Positions 43,026 to 53,543 of a stretch of DNA of 64,000 nt are shown piece by piece (positions within the stretch are counted from its first letter, which is position 1; each line of letters begins with the position of its first letter). Below the pieces are notes generated by a model. The model was not told the DNA's origin. It made no database searches and was given only the letters and a program-made list of their open reading frames with translations. This DNA comes from Gammaproteobacteria bacterium. Lineage in GTDB: Bacteria; Pseudomonadota; Gammaproteobacteria; Eutrophobiales; Eutrophobiaceae. The translations under genes and the position numbers were made by a program. The DNA is taken from positions 64,001 through 128,000 of the forward strand of contig CAXMWX010000005.1 in NCBI GenBank assembly GCA_963422205.2. The letters run 5' to 3'.

Positions 43026-43970
43026 TCAGGTAGCGGAAGGCCGACTGTTCACATACCAGCACCAGGTGGCGTGCAGCCCCTCTGTCAGCGTCATACCGGC
43101 ACGCCAGCCCAGCGCCTCCAGCCGACGGGTATCCAGCCGCTTCTGCGGGGTGCCGTCTGCCTTGCTGGTATCATAGACAATCCTGCCGCGATAGCCTGAC
43201 ATGGCCTTGATCCGCCCGGCAAGTTCGGCAATGCTGATGTCCTTGCCGGTGCCCACATTGATGATGCCCTCATCATCGTAGTGTGCCAGCAGATACAGAC
43301 AGGCGGCGGCCAGATCATCCACATGCAGAAATTCCCGCCGCGGCCGGCCACTGCCCCAAACGATGACCTCGGCGGCCTTATCGGCTTTTGCCTGATAAAA
43401 TTTTCGTATCAAGGCGGGCAGAACATGGGAAGTGTGCAGATCAAAATTATCTTCCGGGCCGTAGAGGTTGGTGGGCATGGCACATATCGCATTAAAGCCA
43501 TGTTGCTGTCGGTATGCCTGGCACATTTTTATCCCGGCAATCTTGGCGATTGCATACCACTGATTGGTCGCCTCCAGGGGGCCGGTCAGCAGGTAGTCTT
43601 CCTTGATGGGCTGCGGGCAGTCTCTGGGATAGATGCAGGAAGAGCCAAGGAACAGCAGCTTTTTCGTCCCGGCCCGGTAAGCACTGTCTATGACATTAGT
43701 CTGAATTTGAAGATTATCGCCGATAAAGTCCCCCGGATATGCGCTGTTCGCCTGTATCCCGCCCACCCGTGCGGCGGCCAGGATGACATATTCAGGCCGG
43801 GTTGCCTGGAAAAACTGCGCTACGGCAGATTGCTGACGTAAATCCAGCGCCTGGCGGGTGCGGGTGATGATGGCATCAAAGCCCCGTGAGCGCAGGTGAC
43901 GAACCATGGCCGAGCCTACCAGCCCGGTATGACCGGCGATGTAGATAGTGGCGTGTTTATCCATTGGCAC
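43026..43970 (-). CDS. fcl: GDP-L-fucose synthase
   Basis: IAGHTGLVGS, AARVGGI.AN, FLGSSCIYP, YAIAK, SHVLPAL. Confidence 0.97.
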   Translation of the reverse strand: MPMDKHATIYIAGHTGLVGSAMVRHLRSRGFDAIITRTRQALDLRQQSAVAQFFQATRPEYVILAAARVGGIQANSAYPGDFIGDNLQIQTNVIDSAYRAGTKKLLFLGSSCIYPRDCPQPIKEDYLLTGPLEATNQWYAIAKIAGIKMCQAYRQQHGFNAICAMPTNLYGPEDNFDLHTSHVLPALIRKFYQAKADKAAEVIVWGSGRPRREFLHVDDLAAACLYLLAHYDDEGIINVGTGKDISIAELAGRIKAMSGYRGRIVYDTSKADGTPQKRLDTRRLEALGWRAGMTLTEGLHATWCWYVNSRPSAT

Positions 43971-44012
43971 TGTCTCTTGTCAAATCAGCAGGGCGGTTAA
44001 TGCCGCGATGGC

Positions 44013-45155
44013 TTATTTGTTTACCAGTCGCGCGGGGGGACTATGCTGCTTTAGAAAAGCATCCCGTTCTGCCAGCACCAGATCTGCCCGCATCATCTCG
44101 GCCACCAGTTCATTGAACCCCACCCTGGGCACCCAGCCCAGCTTCTCCTTAGCCTTTGCAGCATCACCCCATAACAAATCCACCTCCGTTGGCCGATAAT
44201 AACGGGGATCAACCGCCACCAGACAACGCCCCTGCTGATCGTAACCCCTCTCCTCAATGCCCTCGCCTTCCCAGTGAATCTCAAGCGCGATTTCCCTGGC
44301 GGCTTGTTCTATGAACTCACGCACCGAGTGCTGCTCACCCGTGGCTATCACAAAATCCTCTGCCGCCTCCTGTTGCAGCATCAACCACTGCATCTCAACA
44401 TAATCTCTGGCGTGCCCCCAGTCTCGCCTGGCATTTAAGTTGCCGATATACAGGTGCTTTTGCAAACCCAGATGAATACGGGAGAGAGCACGGGTGATCT
44501 TGCGGGTAACGAAGGTCTCGCCACGCTTCGGCGATTCGTGATTGAACAAGATGCCGTTGCAGGCATAGATGCCATAGGCTTCCCGGTAGTTCACCGTGAT
44601 CCAGTAAGCATACATTTTCGCCACCGCATAAGGTGAGCGCGGGTAGAATGGCGTTCGTTCGGTTTGCGGGCTTTCTTGTACCAGGCCATACAGCTCAGAG
44701 CTGGATGCCTGGTAGTATCGGGTACAGCCCTCCATGCCCAGTATGCGTATTGCCTCCAGTATACGCAGGGCACCCAGGGCATCGGTATCGGCGGTGTATT
44801 CCGGCTGTTCGAAGGATACGGCGACATGGCTTTGGGCGGCAAGGTTGTAGATCTCATCCGGCTGCACCTGCTGGATCACCCGAATTAAACTGCTGCCATC
44901 GGTCATGTCGCCGTGATGGAGAGTGAAGCGGGGCACGGCATCATGAGCATCGTGCAGATCATGGTAGAGATGATCTATCCGGCCGGTGTTAAAAATTGAG
45001 GCACGGCGTTTAATACCATGCACCTCATAGCCCTTGCCCAGCAGAAACTCCGCCAGATAAGACCCATCCTGTCCAGTGATCCCGGTAATGAGTGCCTTCT
45101 TCCCTGCCGTGTTGTCTGCCATCGTCATCTTCGGTTGCCTGTCATGAGTGATCAT
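44013..45155 (-). CDS. gmd: GDP-mannose 4,6-dehydratase
   Basis: [44 protein letters not shown]. The start may lie about 10 codons downstream. Confidence 0.98.
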   Translation of the reverse strand: MITHDRQPKMTMADNTAGKKALITGITGQDGSYLAEFLLGKGYEVHGIKRRASIFNTGRIDHLYHDLHDAHDAVPRFTLHHGDMTDGSSLIRVIQQVQPDEIYNLAAQSHVAVSFEQPEYTADTDALGALRILEAIRILGMEGCTRYYQASSSELYGLVQESPQTERTPFYPRSPYAVAKMYAYWITVNYREAYGIYACNGILFNHESPKRGETFVTRKITRALSRIHLGLQKHLYIGNLNARRDWGHARDYVEMQWLMLQQEAAEDFVIATGEQHSVREFIEQAAREIALEIHWEGEGIEERGYDQQGRCLVAVDPRYYRPTEVDLLWGDAAKAKEKLGWVPRVGFNELVAEMMRADLVLAERDAFLKQHSPPARLVNK

Positions 45156-46171
45156 TAAAATTTCTCTTTTAGCTTATCTGCGATCAACTGCGTAAATGCT
45201 TCTGTCCCCATGCGGCCACCAATATCACCGGTGCACCTGCCCTCAGCGATTGAGGATAACATCGCCAGGCGTAACTCATGGCCAAGATCATAGCGTTCAA
45301 TATGATCCAGCAGCATACCAAAGGCCAGCAGTATCGCAGTCGGGTTGCACTTATCCTGCCCGGCAATATCCGGTGCAGTCCCGCCGGAGGGATCAAACAT
45401 GGCAATGTCAACCTCATCATCATCGGTAAAGCTGAAGTTACCACTGGCACCCGTGCCGATGCTGCCAATCAGCCCGCTGGCCATGTCAGAGAGAAAATCA
45501 CCGTACTCATTTAACACCAGCACCACCTGATAATCTTCCGGCTTTAAGATGATCTTGGCCAGCAGGGCATCGAATAATTCCACATGATGGGGGATGTCCT
45601 GATAGTCCTGATGCACCTCTTCCACAATGGACTGGAACAGGCCATCGGTGGCACGCTGAATGGTGTGCTTGGAGGATGAGGTCATGCTTAGCTGTTTTTT
45701 TCTGGCGAAGTCAAATGCGAACCGGGCAGCCTGGCGCACCGGGTCTCTTTCCACCAACCTGATGGAGATGGCGGCATCCTTGCCGATCATCCTGCCGGGA
45801 TCATCATAGGTGCCGCCGGTGGCAACACGCACGATATACAAAAAAACCTCTTCCTTAAAATTTGATTTAATCCCCTTGATGGAGATGACCGGCCGCAGTA
45901 TCACGCTGAAATTACACATCCGGCGGATAATGGCATTGGGGCTTGAGGTATGGGTTACGGTCGGGTATTTTAATGCCAGCCGGGTTTGCTTCATAGACGC
46001 CACGACCTCATCAAACAGATCTCGATTGCCTGACTCGCGACTTTTCAGAGAAAGATCAAACGGGATAAAATGCACATCCAGCGGCAAGACATCAGCAACC
46101 GCATAGACCGATTGTCTTAACTCATCCCCAATCCCATCACCCAATAGTTCGGTAATATTGATACGGCTCAT
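45155..46171 (-). CDS. Isocitrate/isopropylmalate dehydrogenase family protein (divergent)
   Basis: [19 protein letters not shown] and [15 protein letters not shown] motifs. Confidence 0.85.
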   Translation of the reverse strand: MSRINITELLGDGIGDELRQSVYAVADVLPLDVHFIPFDLSLKSRESGNRDLFDEVVASMKQTRLALKYPTVTHTSSPNAIIRRMCNFSVILRPVISIKGIKSNFKEEVFLYIVRVATGGTYDDPGRMIGKDAAISIRLVERDPVRQAARFAFDFARKKQLSMTSSSKHTIQRATDGLFQSIVEEVHQDYQDIPHHVELFDALLAKIILKPEDYQVVLVLNEYGDFLSDMASGLIGSIGTGASGNFSFTDDDEVDIAMFDPSGGTAPDIAGQDKCNPTAILLAFGMLLDHIERYDLGHELRLAMLSSIAEGRCTGDIGGRMGTEAFTQLIADKLKEKF

Positions 46172-46173
46172 GG

Positions 46174-47046
46174 TTATCTCTCCTTCCTGTTTGCTACAGG
46201 GTCTATGGCAGGCGTTGCGGTGATATATCGCTCATAAATGTCTACCATCTGCTGCCAGCATTTACCTGGCTTGCCGGTACCCACCGGCTGATCATCCAGC
46301 GTAATGACCGGTGCGATGCCGACAGTTGAGCTCGTGATCCACACCTCATCAGCCGTGCGTAACTCCGCCTCGCTGACATCCGCCTGCTGGCATGGAAACG
46401 GCGATTGCCCTGCCAGCTCAACCACCAGATCACGGGTAATGCCAGGCAACAACTCGCTGCTTTTCACAGGTGTTTTAATGCGCTCATGCTTGACAATAAA
46501 CACATTACTCGCCGCGCCCTCGGTCAGCCGACCATCTTTCAGTAATATCGCTTCAAACGCCCCCGCCTGATTGGCCTTCTGTCTCAGCAACACATTGGGC
46601 AGCAAGGTGATCGCCTTGATATCACAGTAATGCCAGCGTATATCCTCATGCGTAATCGCCCCTATCCCCTGCTGAAACCGCCTGTCACTGACCGCTTTAC
46701 ACATGGCAAATACCGTGGGTACGGGTTGTTCAGTCACCACATGCTCACGATCACCAACGCCTCGGGTCACCTGTACATAGATCGCCCCGATGGGGCGGGA
46801 TTTATTTCTCTCCAGCAAGTCAGAAAACAAGCCATGCCAGTCCGATGCCTGCATGGAGACCGGCAGGGCGATGGCGTTAAGGCTCTGGTTTAAGCGCTGA
46901 ATATGCGCCGCTTCACGAAACGTATCGCCAGCAAACACCGGGATAACTTCATACACACCATCGCCAAATAAAAACCCGCGATCCATGACGGATATGCTCG
47001 CCCTGGCCAATGGCATGAAATCACCATTTAGGTAAACCACCGACAT
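46174..47046 (-). CDS. dat: D-amino-acid aminotransferase (class IV)
   Basis: DRGFLFGDGVYEV, DIKAITLLPN, TEGAASN, LPGITR; follows dac. Confidence 0.9.
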   Translation of the reverse strand: MSVVYLNGDFMPLARASISVMDRGFLFGDGVYEVIPVFAGDTFREAAHIQRLNQSLNAIALPVSMQASDWHGLFSDLLERNKSRPIGAIYVQVTRGVGDREHVVTEQPVPTVFAMCKAVSDRRFQQGIGAITHEDIRWHYCDIKAITLLPNVLLRQKANQAGAFEAILLKDGRLTEGAASNVFIVKHERIKTPVKSSELLPGITRDLVVELAGQSPFPCQQADVSEAELRTADEVWITSSTVGIAPVITLDDQPVGTGKPGKCWQQMVDIYERYITATPAIDPVANRKER

Positions 47047-47052
47047 CACGGA

Positions 47053-48210
47053 TCACTCAAACCAGAGCGTAACTGTATCCAGCATACGTGTCAGCAAACC
47101 ACCTTCGGCGACCGATTCCAGCGCAACCAGGCCTCTGGAGGCGATCTGCTCGCCTGCCAGTACCACCTTGAAATCACCATACGGCTGATCCTGGGAAACG
47201 GGGGCGATGATGTTCTCCGGCAGGGCGGCTGTTGTTTGCAGGTCTTTGTATTCGCCTTTGGGCAGGGTGATGATTAAATCCTGCCGCAAACCCAGATTGA
47301 CCGACTCCCTCTCCCCTTTCCATAGCCTGCCCGTGGTGATCACATCACCGGCACGGAACAAGGGGCGGGTTTCATAAAACCGGAAGACATAGTTGAGCAG
47401 GGCTTGCGATGCCCGGGTTCTGGCATGATTACCCTCTGTCCCCATGATGACAGAAATCAAACGCATCTCACCCCGCCTGGCCGAGGCCACCAGACAATAA
47501 CCCGCCGCCTCAGTATGACCGGTCTTGATACCATCAACGCTGTCATCTTTCCATAACAGGCTGTTGCGATTATTCTGTTTGATATTGTTAAAGGTAAATT
47601 CTTTCACGGCATGCAGGGCATAAATATCGGGAAAGTCACTGAACAGGGCAGCCGCCAGCGTGGCCATGTCGGCGGCCGTGGTATAATGCTGCGGGTCGGG
47701 CAGGCCCGTGCTGTTGACAAAATGTGTCCCGGTCATGCCCAGCCTGGCGGCGTGTTGATTCATCATGACGGCAAACACCCCCTCATCGCCTGACACATGC
47801 TCGGCCAATGCCACACTGGCATCATTACCGGACTGAATGATCACCCCTTTCAGCAGATCGGAAACGGCCACTTTTTTGCCGACCTCAATAAACATGCGTG
47901 ACCCTTCCATGCGCCAGGCCCTCTCGCTCACGCTCACCTTGTCATCTAAGGTAATGTGGCCTTCGGCCAGCTCACTGGCCACCACATACACGGTCATGAT
48001 CTTGGTTAAGCTGGCCGGTTCAACCCGTTGCTGAGAATTGTGTGCAATGATGTTTTGCCCGCTGTGGTAATCAGCCACCAGATAGGAGGTCGCATTGATA
48101 ACCGGCGGTGCCGGTATCATCGTGGCACTGCTGGCCAGCATGGCGTAAGACAGCCACACCAGCACGATGGCGGTGATTATTTTCCTGTTCATTGGTCGTT
48201 TAGATGGCAT
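47053..48210 (-). CDS. dacA: D-alanyl-D-alanine carboxypeptidase (PBP5/6)
   Basis: PASLTK (SxxK), SGN and KTG motifs. Paralogue name (dacA or dacC) is uncertain. Confidence 0.92.
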   Translation of the reverse strand: MPSKRPMNRKIITAIVLVWLSYAMLASSATMIPAPPVINATSYLVADYHSGQNIIAHNSQQRVEPASLTKIMTVYVVASELAEGHITLDDKVSVSERAWRMEGSRMFIEVGKKVAVSDLLKGVIIQSGNDASVALAEHVSGDEGVFAVMMNQHAARLGMTGTHFVNSTGLPDPQHYTTAADMATLAAALFSDFPDIYALHAVKEFTFNNIKQNNRNSLLWKDDSVDGIKTGHTEAAGYCLVASARRGEMRLISVIMGTEGNHARTRASQALLNYVFRFYETRPLFRAGDVITTGRLWKGERESVNLGLRQDLIITLPKGEYKDLQTTAALPENIIAPVSQDQPYGDFKVVLAGEQIASRGLVALESVAEGGLLTRMLDTVTLWFE

Positions 48211-48211
48211 C

Positions 48212-49036
48212 TTAATTTACGGTAATATGGTGTTCCCAGATGCCATAGTCGGCCAGTGATTTAACGATACCATCGGCTGCCTCAACATTCAGCAGCGGGC
48301 CAATCTGCACCCGGTAGAGCTGTTTGCCGTCCACCACAGCCCTGCTGATGCGAATATCAGGTACTAATGTATTGAGTCTGCGCTTTAATTGCTCGGCATT
48401 CTGGCGATTGGAAAAAGCCCCTACCTGGAGATAAAAACCCGCCTGGCTTTGCCCGTATTTCCCGCCTGAGTAAACCGGCGCACCGCCTTTTTTATAGCTG
48501 TTGGGATCAATCGCCCGCACCTCTACCAGTGCCGTGCCCTGGCTTAACATGCCCAGCTTGTCCGCCGCCGTGTACGACAAATCAATAACACGATTATTAT
48601 GAAACGGCCCTCTGTCATTGACCCGCACCACGATCTTTCTGCCGTTATCTAGATTGGTGACTTCCACATAGGTAGGTAACGGCAGGTGTTTATGGGCGGC
48701 GGTCATCGCATACATATCGTAAGTCTCACAGCTTGACGTCTTCCTGCCGTGGAACTTTTTCCCATACCAGGAAGCAATCCCCTTCTCAACAAAACCCTGG
48801 CCACTGCTCAACACCTTATACCGCTTGCCAAACACCTCATAGGATTGCGGATTGCCACACTTGCTTTTCGGCTCTGCTCGGGGCACGGCATCTGGCACCG
48901 AGGAGACATCCACCGAACCGGGTCTTGGCCCTGAATCACGTTCAGCTTTTTCAGATAACATGCTGCATGCTGCGAGCAGTAACAGGCCAAGTACAGCACA
49001 ACCATTTTTTAACCGATGTGCATAGGGCATTATCAT
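48212..49036 (-). CDS. rlpA: Septal ring lytic transglycosylase RlpA
   Basis: Lipobox LAAC, GIASWYG, VRVNDRGPF, C-terminal SPOR domain. Confidence 0.96.
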   Translation of the reverse strand: MIMPYAHRLKNGCAVLGLLLLAACSMLSEKAERDSGPRPGSVDVSSVPDAVPRAEPKSKCGNPQSYEVFGKRYKVLSSGQGFVEKGIASWYGKKFHGRKTSSCETYDMYAMTAAHKHLPLPTYVEVTNLDNGRKIVVRVNDRGPFHNNRVIDLSYTAADKLGMLSQGTALVEVRAIDPNSYKKGGAPVYSGGKYGQSQAGFYLQVGAFSNRQNAEQLKRRLNTLVPDIRISRAVVDGKQLYRVQIGPLLNVEAADGIVKSLADYGIWEHHITVN

Positions 49037-50031
49037 TGCCCCGGCTGGTTGGCATCATGATTGAGATAGTGCTGTTTGATCTGCCCGGCTAATTGATACA
49101 CGGCCATGGCATACAGCGCACTGTGATTATAACGGGTAATGACATAGAAATTTTTCAGTGCCAGCCAGTATTCAAAATCGTCTTTGTTCTCAAATCGCAA
49201 TAACTTCACGCTCACCGCTTCAGAGATAACCGCCTGCGGTTTTATGCCGTTGTTGACCAGCCTGGCCAGCCGACTATCCGGTTCAAGCCCCCGGGTGATG
49301 AACGGCTGCACGTTGGTATCCCCAACATCAGCCCGGATGATCACCGGCTCACCCGGCTGCCAGCCATGTCGGGCAAAGTAATTGCCGACACTGCCTATAG
49401 CATCGGCCGGGTTATCCCAGATGTTGATCTTGCCATCATCATCAAAATCGACGGCATAGGCACGATAACTGCTGGAGATAAACTGCGGGATCCCCATCGC
49501 CCCGGCATAAGAGCCTTTCAGTGCATGCGGATCGATGCCTTGTTCCTGCGTGAGCAAGAGATAATGCTCCAGCTCACGGGTAAAAAACGGGCTGCGCTTG
49601 GGATAATTAAATGCCAGCGTCGACAGCGAATCGATGACTTTATACGTCCCTTTATTTTTGCCGTAACGGGTCTCCACGCCGATGATGGCGACCATGATCT
49701 CAATCGGCACCCCGTAGGTCTCATGCGCCCGTTGCAGGACGGCACGATGGCTATGCCAGAAGCCGGCACCTTGCCGGATGCGATCTGGCGTGAGAAAAAT
49801 GGCCTTGTATTTATACCAGGGCAGGCCCTCGGCGGGCTTTGAGATGGCGGCGATAATCCGCTCAGAGAGCATCACCTTAGCGAAGATCTGTCTTAACGCC
49901 TGCCTGTCATAATCATGCTTTGCCGCCATGGTATGGATAAAATCATTCACCGCCGGTCTCTCCAGCATATTGGCAAACACAGGGAAAGCAGACATGAAGA
50001 TCAACAGCAGGGTAATCAGTCGTATTCTCAT
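49033..50031 (-). CDS. mltB: Lytic murein transglycosylase B
   Basis: IIGVETRYG, GSYAGAMGIPQF, NFYVITRYN. Confidence 0.95.
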   Translation of the reverse strand: MRIRLITLLLIFMSAFPVFANMLERPAVNDFIHTMAAKHDYDRQALRQIFAKVMLSERIIAAISKPAEGLPWYKYKAIFLTPDRIRQGAGFWHSHRAVLQRAHETYGVPIEIMVAIIGVETRYGKNKGTYKVIDSLSTLAFNYPKRSPFFTRELEHYLLLTQEQGIDPHALKGSYAGAMGIPQFISSSYRAYAVDFDDDGKINIWDNPADAIGSVGNYFARHGWQPGEPVIIRADVGDTNVQPFITRGLEPDSRLARLVNNGIKPQAVISEAVSVKLLRFENKDDFEYWLALKNFYVITRYNHSALYAMAVYQLAGQIKQHYLNHDANQPGQ

Positions 50032-50035
50032 CGTA

Positions 50036-51127
50036 TTAATCTGATAACAGTCTCCGGTGTGTTTTGATCGCCATCAGCATACCAAAACCGATCATGATCG
50101 TGATCAGGGAAGTCCCCCCGTGGCTAATCAACGGCAAGGGTACGCCAACGACTGGCAGCTGGCCGGACACCATGCCCATATTGACAAAGATATACACAAA
50201 AAAAACCAGCACCAAGCCAGCACCCAGCAGCTTGCCATAGCTTTGCTGGGAGATGAAGGCAATATATAAACCCCGGCCGATGATAAAGCCATACAACCCT
50301 ATCAACACAGCCACACCCAGCAAACCAAACTCCTCACAAAATACGGCAAAAATAAAATCTGTCGAGCGCTCTGGCAGAAATTCCAGATGGGATTGCGTGC
50401 CATTTAGCCAGCCCTTGCCATACAGCCCGCCGGAGCCGATGGCAATGGCCGACTGAATAATATGATAACCGGCACCCAGCGGGTCCTGCTCTGGATTGAG
50501 AAACGCCAGCACCCGCTGCCTCTGATAATCATGCATCACATACCACAGCACGGGCGTTGACAGGGATACCAGACCAGCAAAAGCCAGCAATAACCGCCAG
50601 CGAATGCCGGCAATAAATAATAAAGACATGCCCGCCGCTGCCAGCAGCACCGCCGTGCCCAGATCAGGCTGCCTGGCGATCAACACCACTGGCACAGCGA
50701 TCATGACGATGGCAACCAGGACATGCGGCAAGGCAGGCGGCAGCTGCCGGCCAGCCAGATACCAGGCGAGCATCATGGGCAATGCCAGCTTCATCAACTC
50801 TGAGGGTTGAAATGTGATGAGCTTGATATCCAGCCAGCGCTGGGCGCCTTTGCCCACATCGCCGTAGAACAAGACAATCACCAGCAGCAGCAGCACAAAC
50901 AGATAAGCCCATAAAGATAAACGGGCCAGTTGTGCCGGCGAGAACTGTGCCACAATAAACATGACAACCAGCCCGGTACCCAGGCGGGTGAACTGCGTCA
51001 TGACCGCGCTTGTATCCTGGCCGGAGGCGCTGTACAAAATGAGTGTACCGATGATGCTCAAGGCCAAAATGCCGCCCAGTAACGGCAGGTCAACATGCAG
51101 TCGGTCAATCCGTGTCTCCCCCCTCAT
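50036..51127 (-). CDS. rodA: Rod shape-determining protein RodA
   Basis: GAQRW, QPSELMK, QPDLGT, FLPERSTDFIF, GVPLPLIS.GG. Confidence 0.97.
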   Translation of the reverse strand: MRGETRIDRLHVDLPLLGGILALSIIGTLILYSASGQDTSAVMTQFTRLGTGLVVMFIVAQFSPAQLARLSLWAYLFVLLLLVIVLFYGDVGKGAQRWLDIKLITFQPSELMKLALPMMLAWYLAGRQLPPALPHVLVAIVMIAVPVVLIARQPDLGTAVLLAAAGMSLLFIAGIRWRLLLAFAGLVSLSTPVLWYVMHDYQRQRVLAFLNPEQDPLGAGYHIIQSAIAIGSGGLYGKGWLNGTQSHLEFLPERSTDFIFAVFCEEFGLLGVAVLIGLYGFIIGRGLYIAFISQQSYGKLLGAGLVLVFFVYIFVNMGMVSGQLPVVGVPLPLISHGGTSLITIMIGFGMLMAIKTHRRLLSD

Positions 51128-53007
51128 CCCTGATCGCCCCGGTCATGTTCAGCCACCTCGCCAAGCAGGTAATGATCGAACAGGCGTCTTGCTACCGGTG
51201 CTGCCGTGGATGCCCCGCTGCCGCCGTTTTCGATAATCACAGCCACAGCGATCGTCGGCGCCTTTAAGGGGGCAAAACCGACAAACAAAGCATGATCATG
51301 CAACTCCTCGGGTAACTCATCCGCATCGTACTCCTCATCCTGGCCGATGCTGATCACCTGTGCCGTGCCGGTCTTACCGGCAAACGCATACGGCGCCCCG
51401 CGGCCGCTGCGCCGTGCCGTTCCCGATTCCCCCTGCACAACCTCGTGCATGGCATTGATCACTTCCTGCCAGTAAGCCAGTTCTGTCACCTGGATTTCTG
51501 CGGTGATATGGGCGGCAAAACGATCGATCACCGCCCCATCCAGCGGGTCGGTGACGGCGGCCAGCAGATGAGGCTGGTAGAGTTTGCCCTGGTTGGCCAC
51601 CGCCGCCGTGGCCACCGCTAACTGCAAGGGCGTTACCAGCGCCCAACCCTGGCCGATACCGAATATTAAGGTCTCGCCCGGATACCAGGGCTGCCCCAGG
51701 CGGCGCTGCTTCCAGGCCCTGGACGGCAGCAGGCCCGCTGATTCACTGCCGATATCAAGGCCGGTTGTTCTGCCAAAGCCAAAATCAGCCAACACCTCAT
51801 GCAGGGTATCAACGCCCATGTCGTTGGCCAAGGTGTAGAAATACACATCGCAGGACTCAGCAATCGCCTTGGTCATATCGGTATGGCCGTGGCCGTTTTT
51901 TTTCCAATCGCGATAGCGATGACTGCTGCCTTGCAGGCTGTACCAGCCCCGACACCAGGTCTCCTGCCCGCTTTCTCTGATCGCCAGATCCAGCGCCGCC
52001 AGACCGATAAACGGCTTGATGGTGGAACCCGGCGGGTAGTTGCCCTGCGAGAAGCGATTGAGCAGCGGCGCATCGGCTGATTGCAACAGGGCCCGGTAGG
52101 AGGCGGAGTCGATGCCGTTGACAAACAGGTTAGGATCATAACCGGGCGAGCTGACCGCCGTCAGTATCCCGCCGGTATTCGGATCAAGCGCCACAATCGC
52201 ACCGCGCTTGCCCTGAAGTGCTGTCACCGCCACCTGTTGCAGGCCGGCATTGACCGTCAGGCGAAGATTGTTCCCCGGCACCGGGGCGGTGCGGTCAAGC
52301 ACACGAATAATCCGCCCCTGTGCATTCACTTCCACCTGCTGATACCCCACCTGACCGTGCAGAATATCTTCATAAGCCCTCTCCACGCCGGTCTTGCCGA
52401 TATGTTTTGTGCCGCGGTAATTGGACTTGTCCAGCTGCCCCAGTTCAGTCTCATCAATCATGCCCACGTAGCCGATGCCATGCGCCAGGCTGGCACGGCG
52501 TGGATAATGACGGTTCAGCCGGGCGATGATATCAATGCCGGCCAGCCGATGTTGATTAACCGCAACCCGGGCCACCTCCTCATCATTCAGATTAAAACGC
52601 AGGGGCACCCCCTCAAACCGCCTTTTACGTTTAAGCTGCTCGCGAAAACGCCTGATGTCTGTCTCTTTGATGACGATTAACTCGCTGATCCGGGCCAGCA
52701 TACTGTCCAGGTCCGGCACTTTTTCCGGCACCACTTCCAGAGTAAACGAAGGTCTGTTCTCGGCCAGAAGCACGTTATCCTGGCTGAATATCAGGCCCCG
52801 GATAGGGGGAATGGCCACCAGCTTGACGCGGTTATCCTGAGAGAGCGTGGTGTAGTGTTCATGTTCCAGCACTTGCAGGTAGACGATGCGTAGCAGGACA
52901 ATAAGAAAGAGCAGCGCAACGGCCACGCCCGCAAGGCCGATGCGGCGTTGAATCAGACGACTTTCCCAGTCAAGATTCTTGAGTGCTATTTTCGCTGGCA
53001 TTAACAT
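51124..53007 (-). CDS. mrdA: Penicillin-binding protein 2
   Basis: PPGSTIK, SCD, KTGTAQ; follows mreD. Confidence 0.97.
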   Translation of the reverse strand: MLMPAKIALKNLDWESRLIQRRIGLAGVAVALLFLIVLLRIVYLQVLEHEHYTTLSQDNRVKLVAIPPIRGLIFSQDNVLLAENRPSFTLEVVPEKVPDLDSMLARISELIVIKETDIRRFREQLKRKRRFEGVPLRFNLNDEEVARVAVNQHRLAGIDIIARLNRHYPRRASLAHGIGYVGMIDETELGQLDKSNYRGTKHIGKTGVERAYEDILHGQVGYQQVEVNAQGRIIRVLDRTAPVPGNNLRLTVNAGLQQVAVTALQGKRGAIVALDPNTGGILTAVSSPGYDPNLFVNGIDSASYRALLQSADAPLLNRFSQGNYPPGSTIKPFIGLAALDLAIRESGQETWCRGWYSLQGSSHRYRDWKKNGHGHTDMTKAIAESCDVYFYTLANDMGVDTLHEVLADFGFGRTTGLDIGSESAGLLPSRAWKQRRLGQPWYPGETLIFGIGQGWALVTPLQLAVATAAVANQGKLYQPHLLAAVTDPLDGAVIDRFAAHITAEIQVTELAYWQEVINAMHEVVQGESGTARRSGRGAPYAFAGKTGTAQVISIGQDEEYDADELPEELHDHALFVGFAPLKAPTIAVAVIIENGGSGASTAAPVARRLFDHYLLGEVAEHDRGDQG

Positions 53008-53054
53008 AAAGGCCGCAGCAATGCGAAGGAGTACGCCGGGACAAACACTGTGCG

Positions 53055-53543
53055 CTAAAACACTCTAAACCTGCGCCTCGTATCGCGCAACAGAATAAAT
53101 ACCCACGGCCAAAGCCCCATGCTGGTAATCGCTGGCATCCAGAACGTCCAGTGATCCGGCGCAATGCCCACCATCCCGCGCACCCACAGCGTAAAGAACT
53201 GCAACAGCACTATATAAACGCCGATCAGAACCGCCTGTTTTACCAACGGGAACACCCGGATGCGGCGGTGGCTGACGATGATGACATAAGCCAGCACAGA
53301 GAGCATGCAGGCATGCTGCCCCAGCAGGGCGCCGGTCTGCACATCCAGCAGCAGGCCAAGCAGCCAGCCAACACCGATACCCACCCGCTCTGGCAAGGCC
53401 AGGCACCAGTAAATCAGCACCAGGGCAACCCAGGCCGGGCGCCAGTTGACCGCCCAGTCCGGTAACGGCATGGCGGTCAGCATCAAGGCAATGATGAAGG
53501 TGAGTGCGATCACCCAGCCGGCATGATGCGTATCCTGCAACAT
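53055..53543 (-). CDS. mreD: Rod shape-determining protein MreD
   Basis: Hydrophobic 162-aa protein, RP.W..LVLIYW, GLLLD...G.LLG. Confidence 0.95.
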   Translation of the reverse strand: MLQDTHHAGWVIALTFIIALMLTAMPLPDWAVNWRPAWVALVLIYWCLALPERVGIGVGWLLGLLLDVQTGALLGQHACMLSVLAYVIIVSHRRIRVFPLVKQAVLIGVYIVLLQFFTLWVRGMVGIAPDHWTFWMPAITSMGLWPWVFILLRDTRRRFRVF

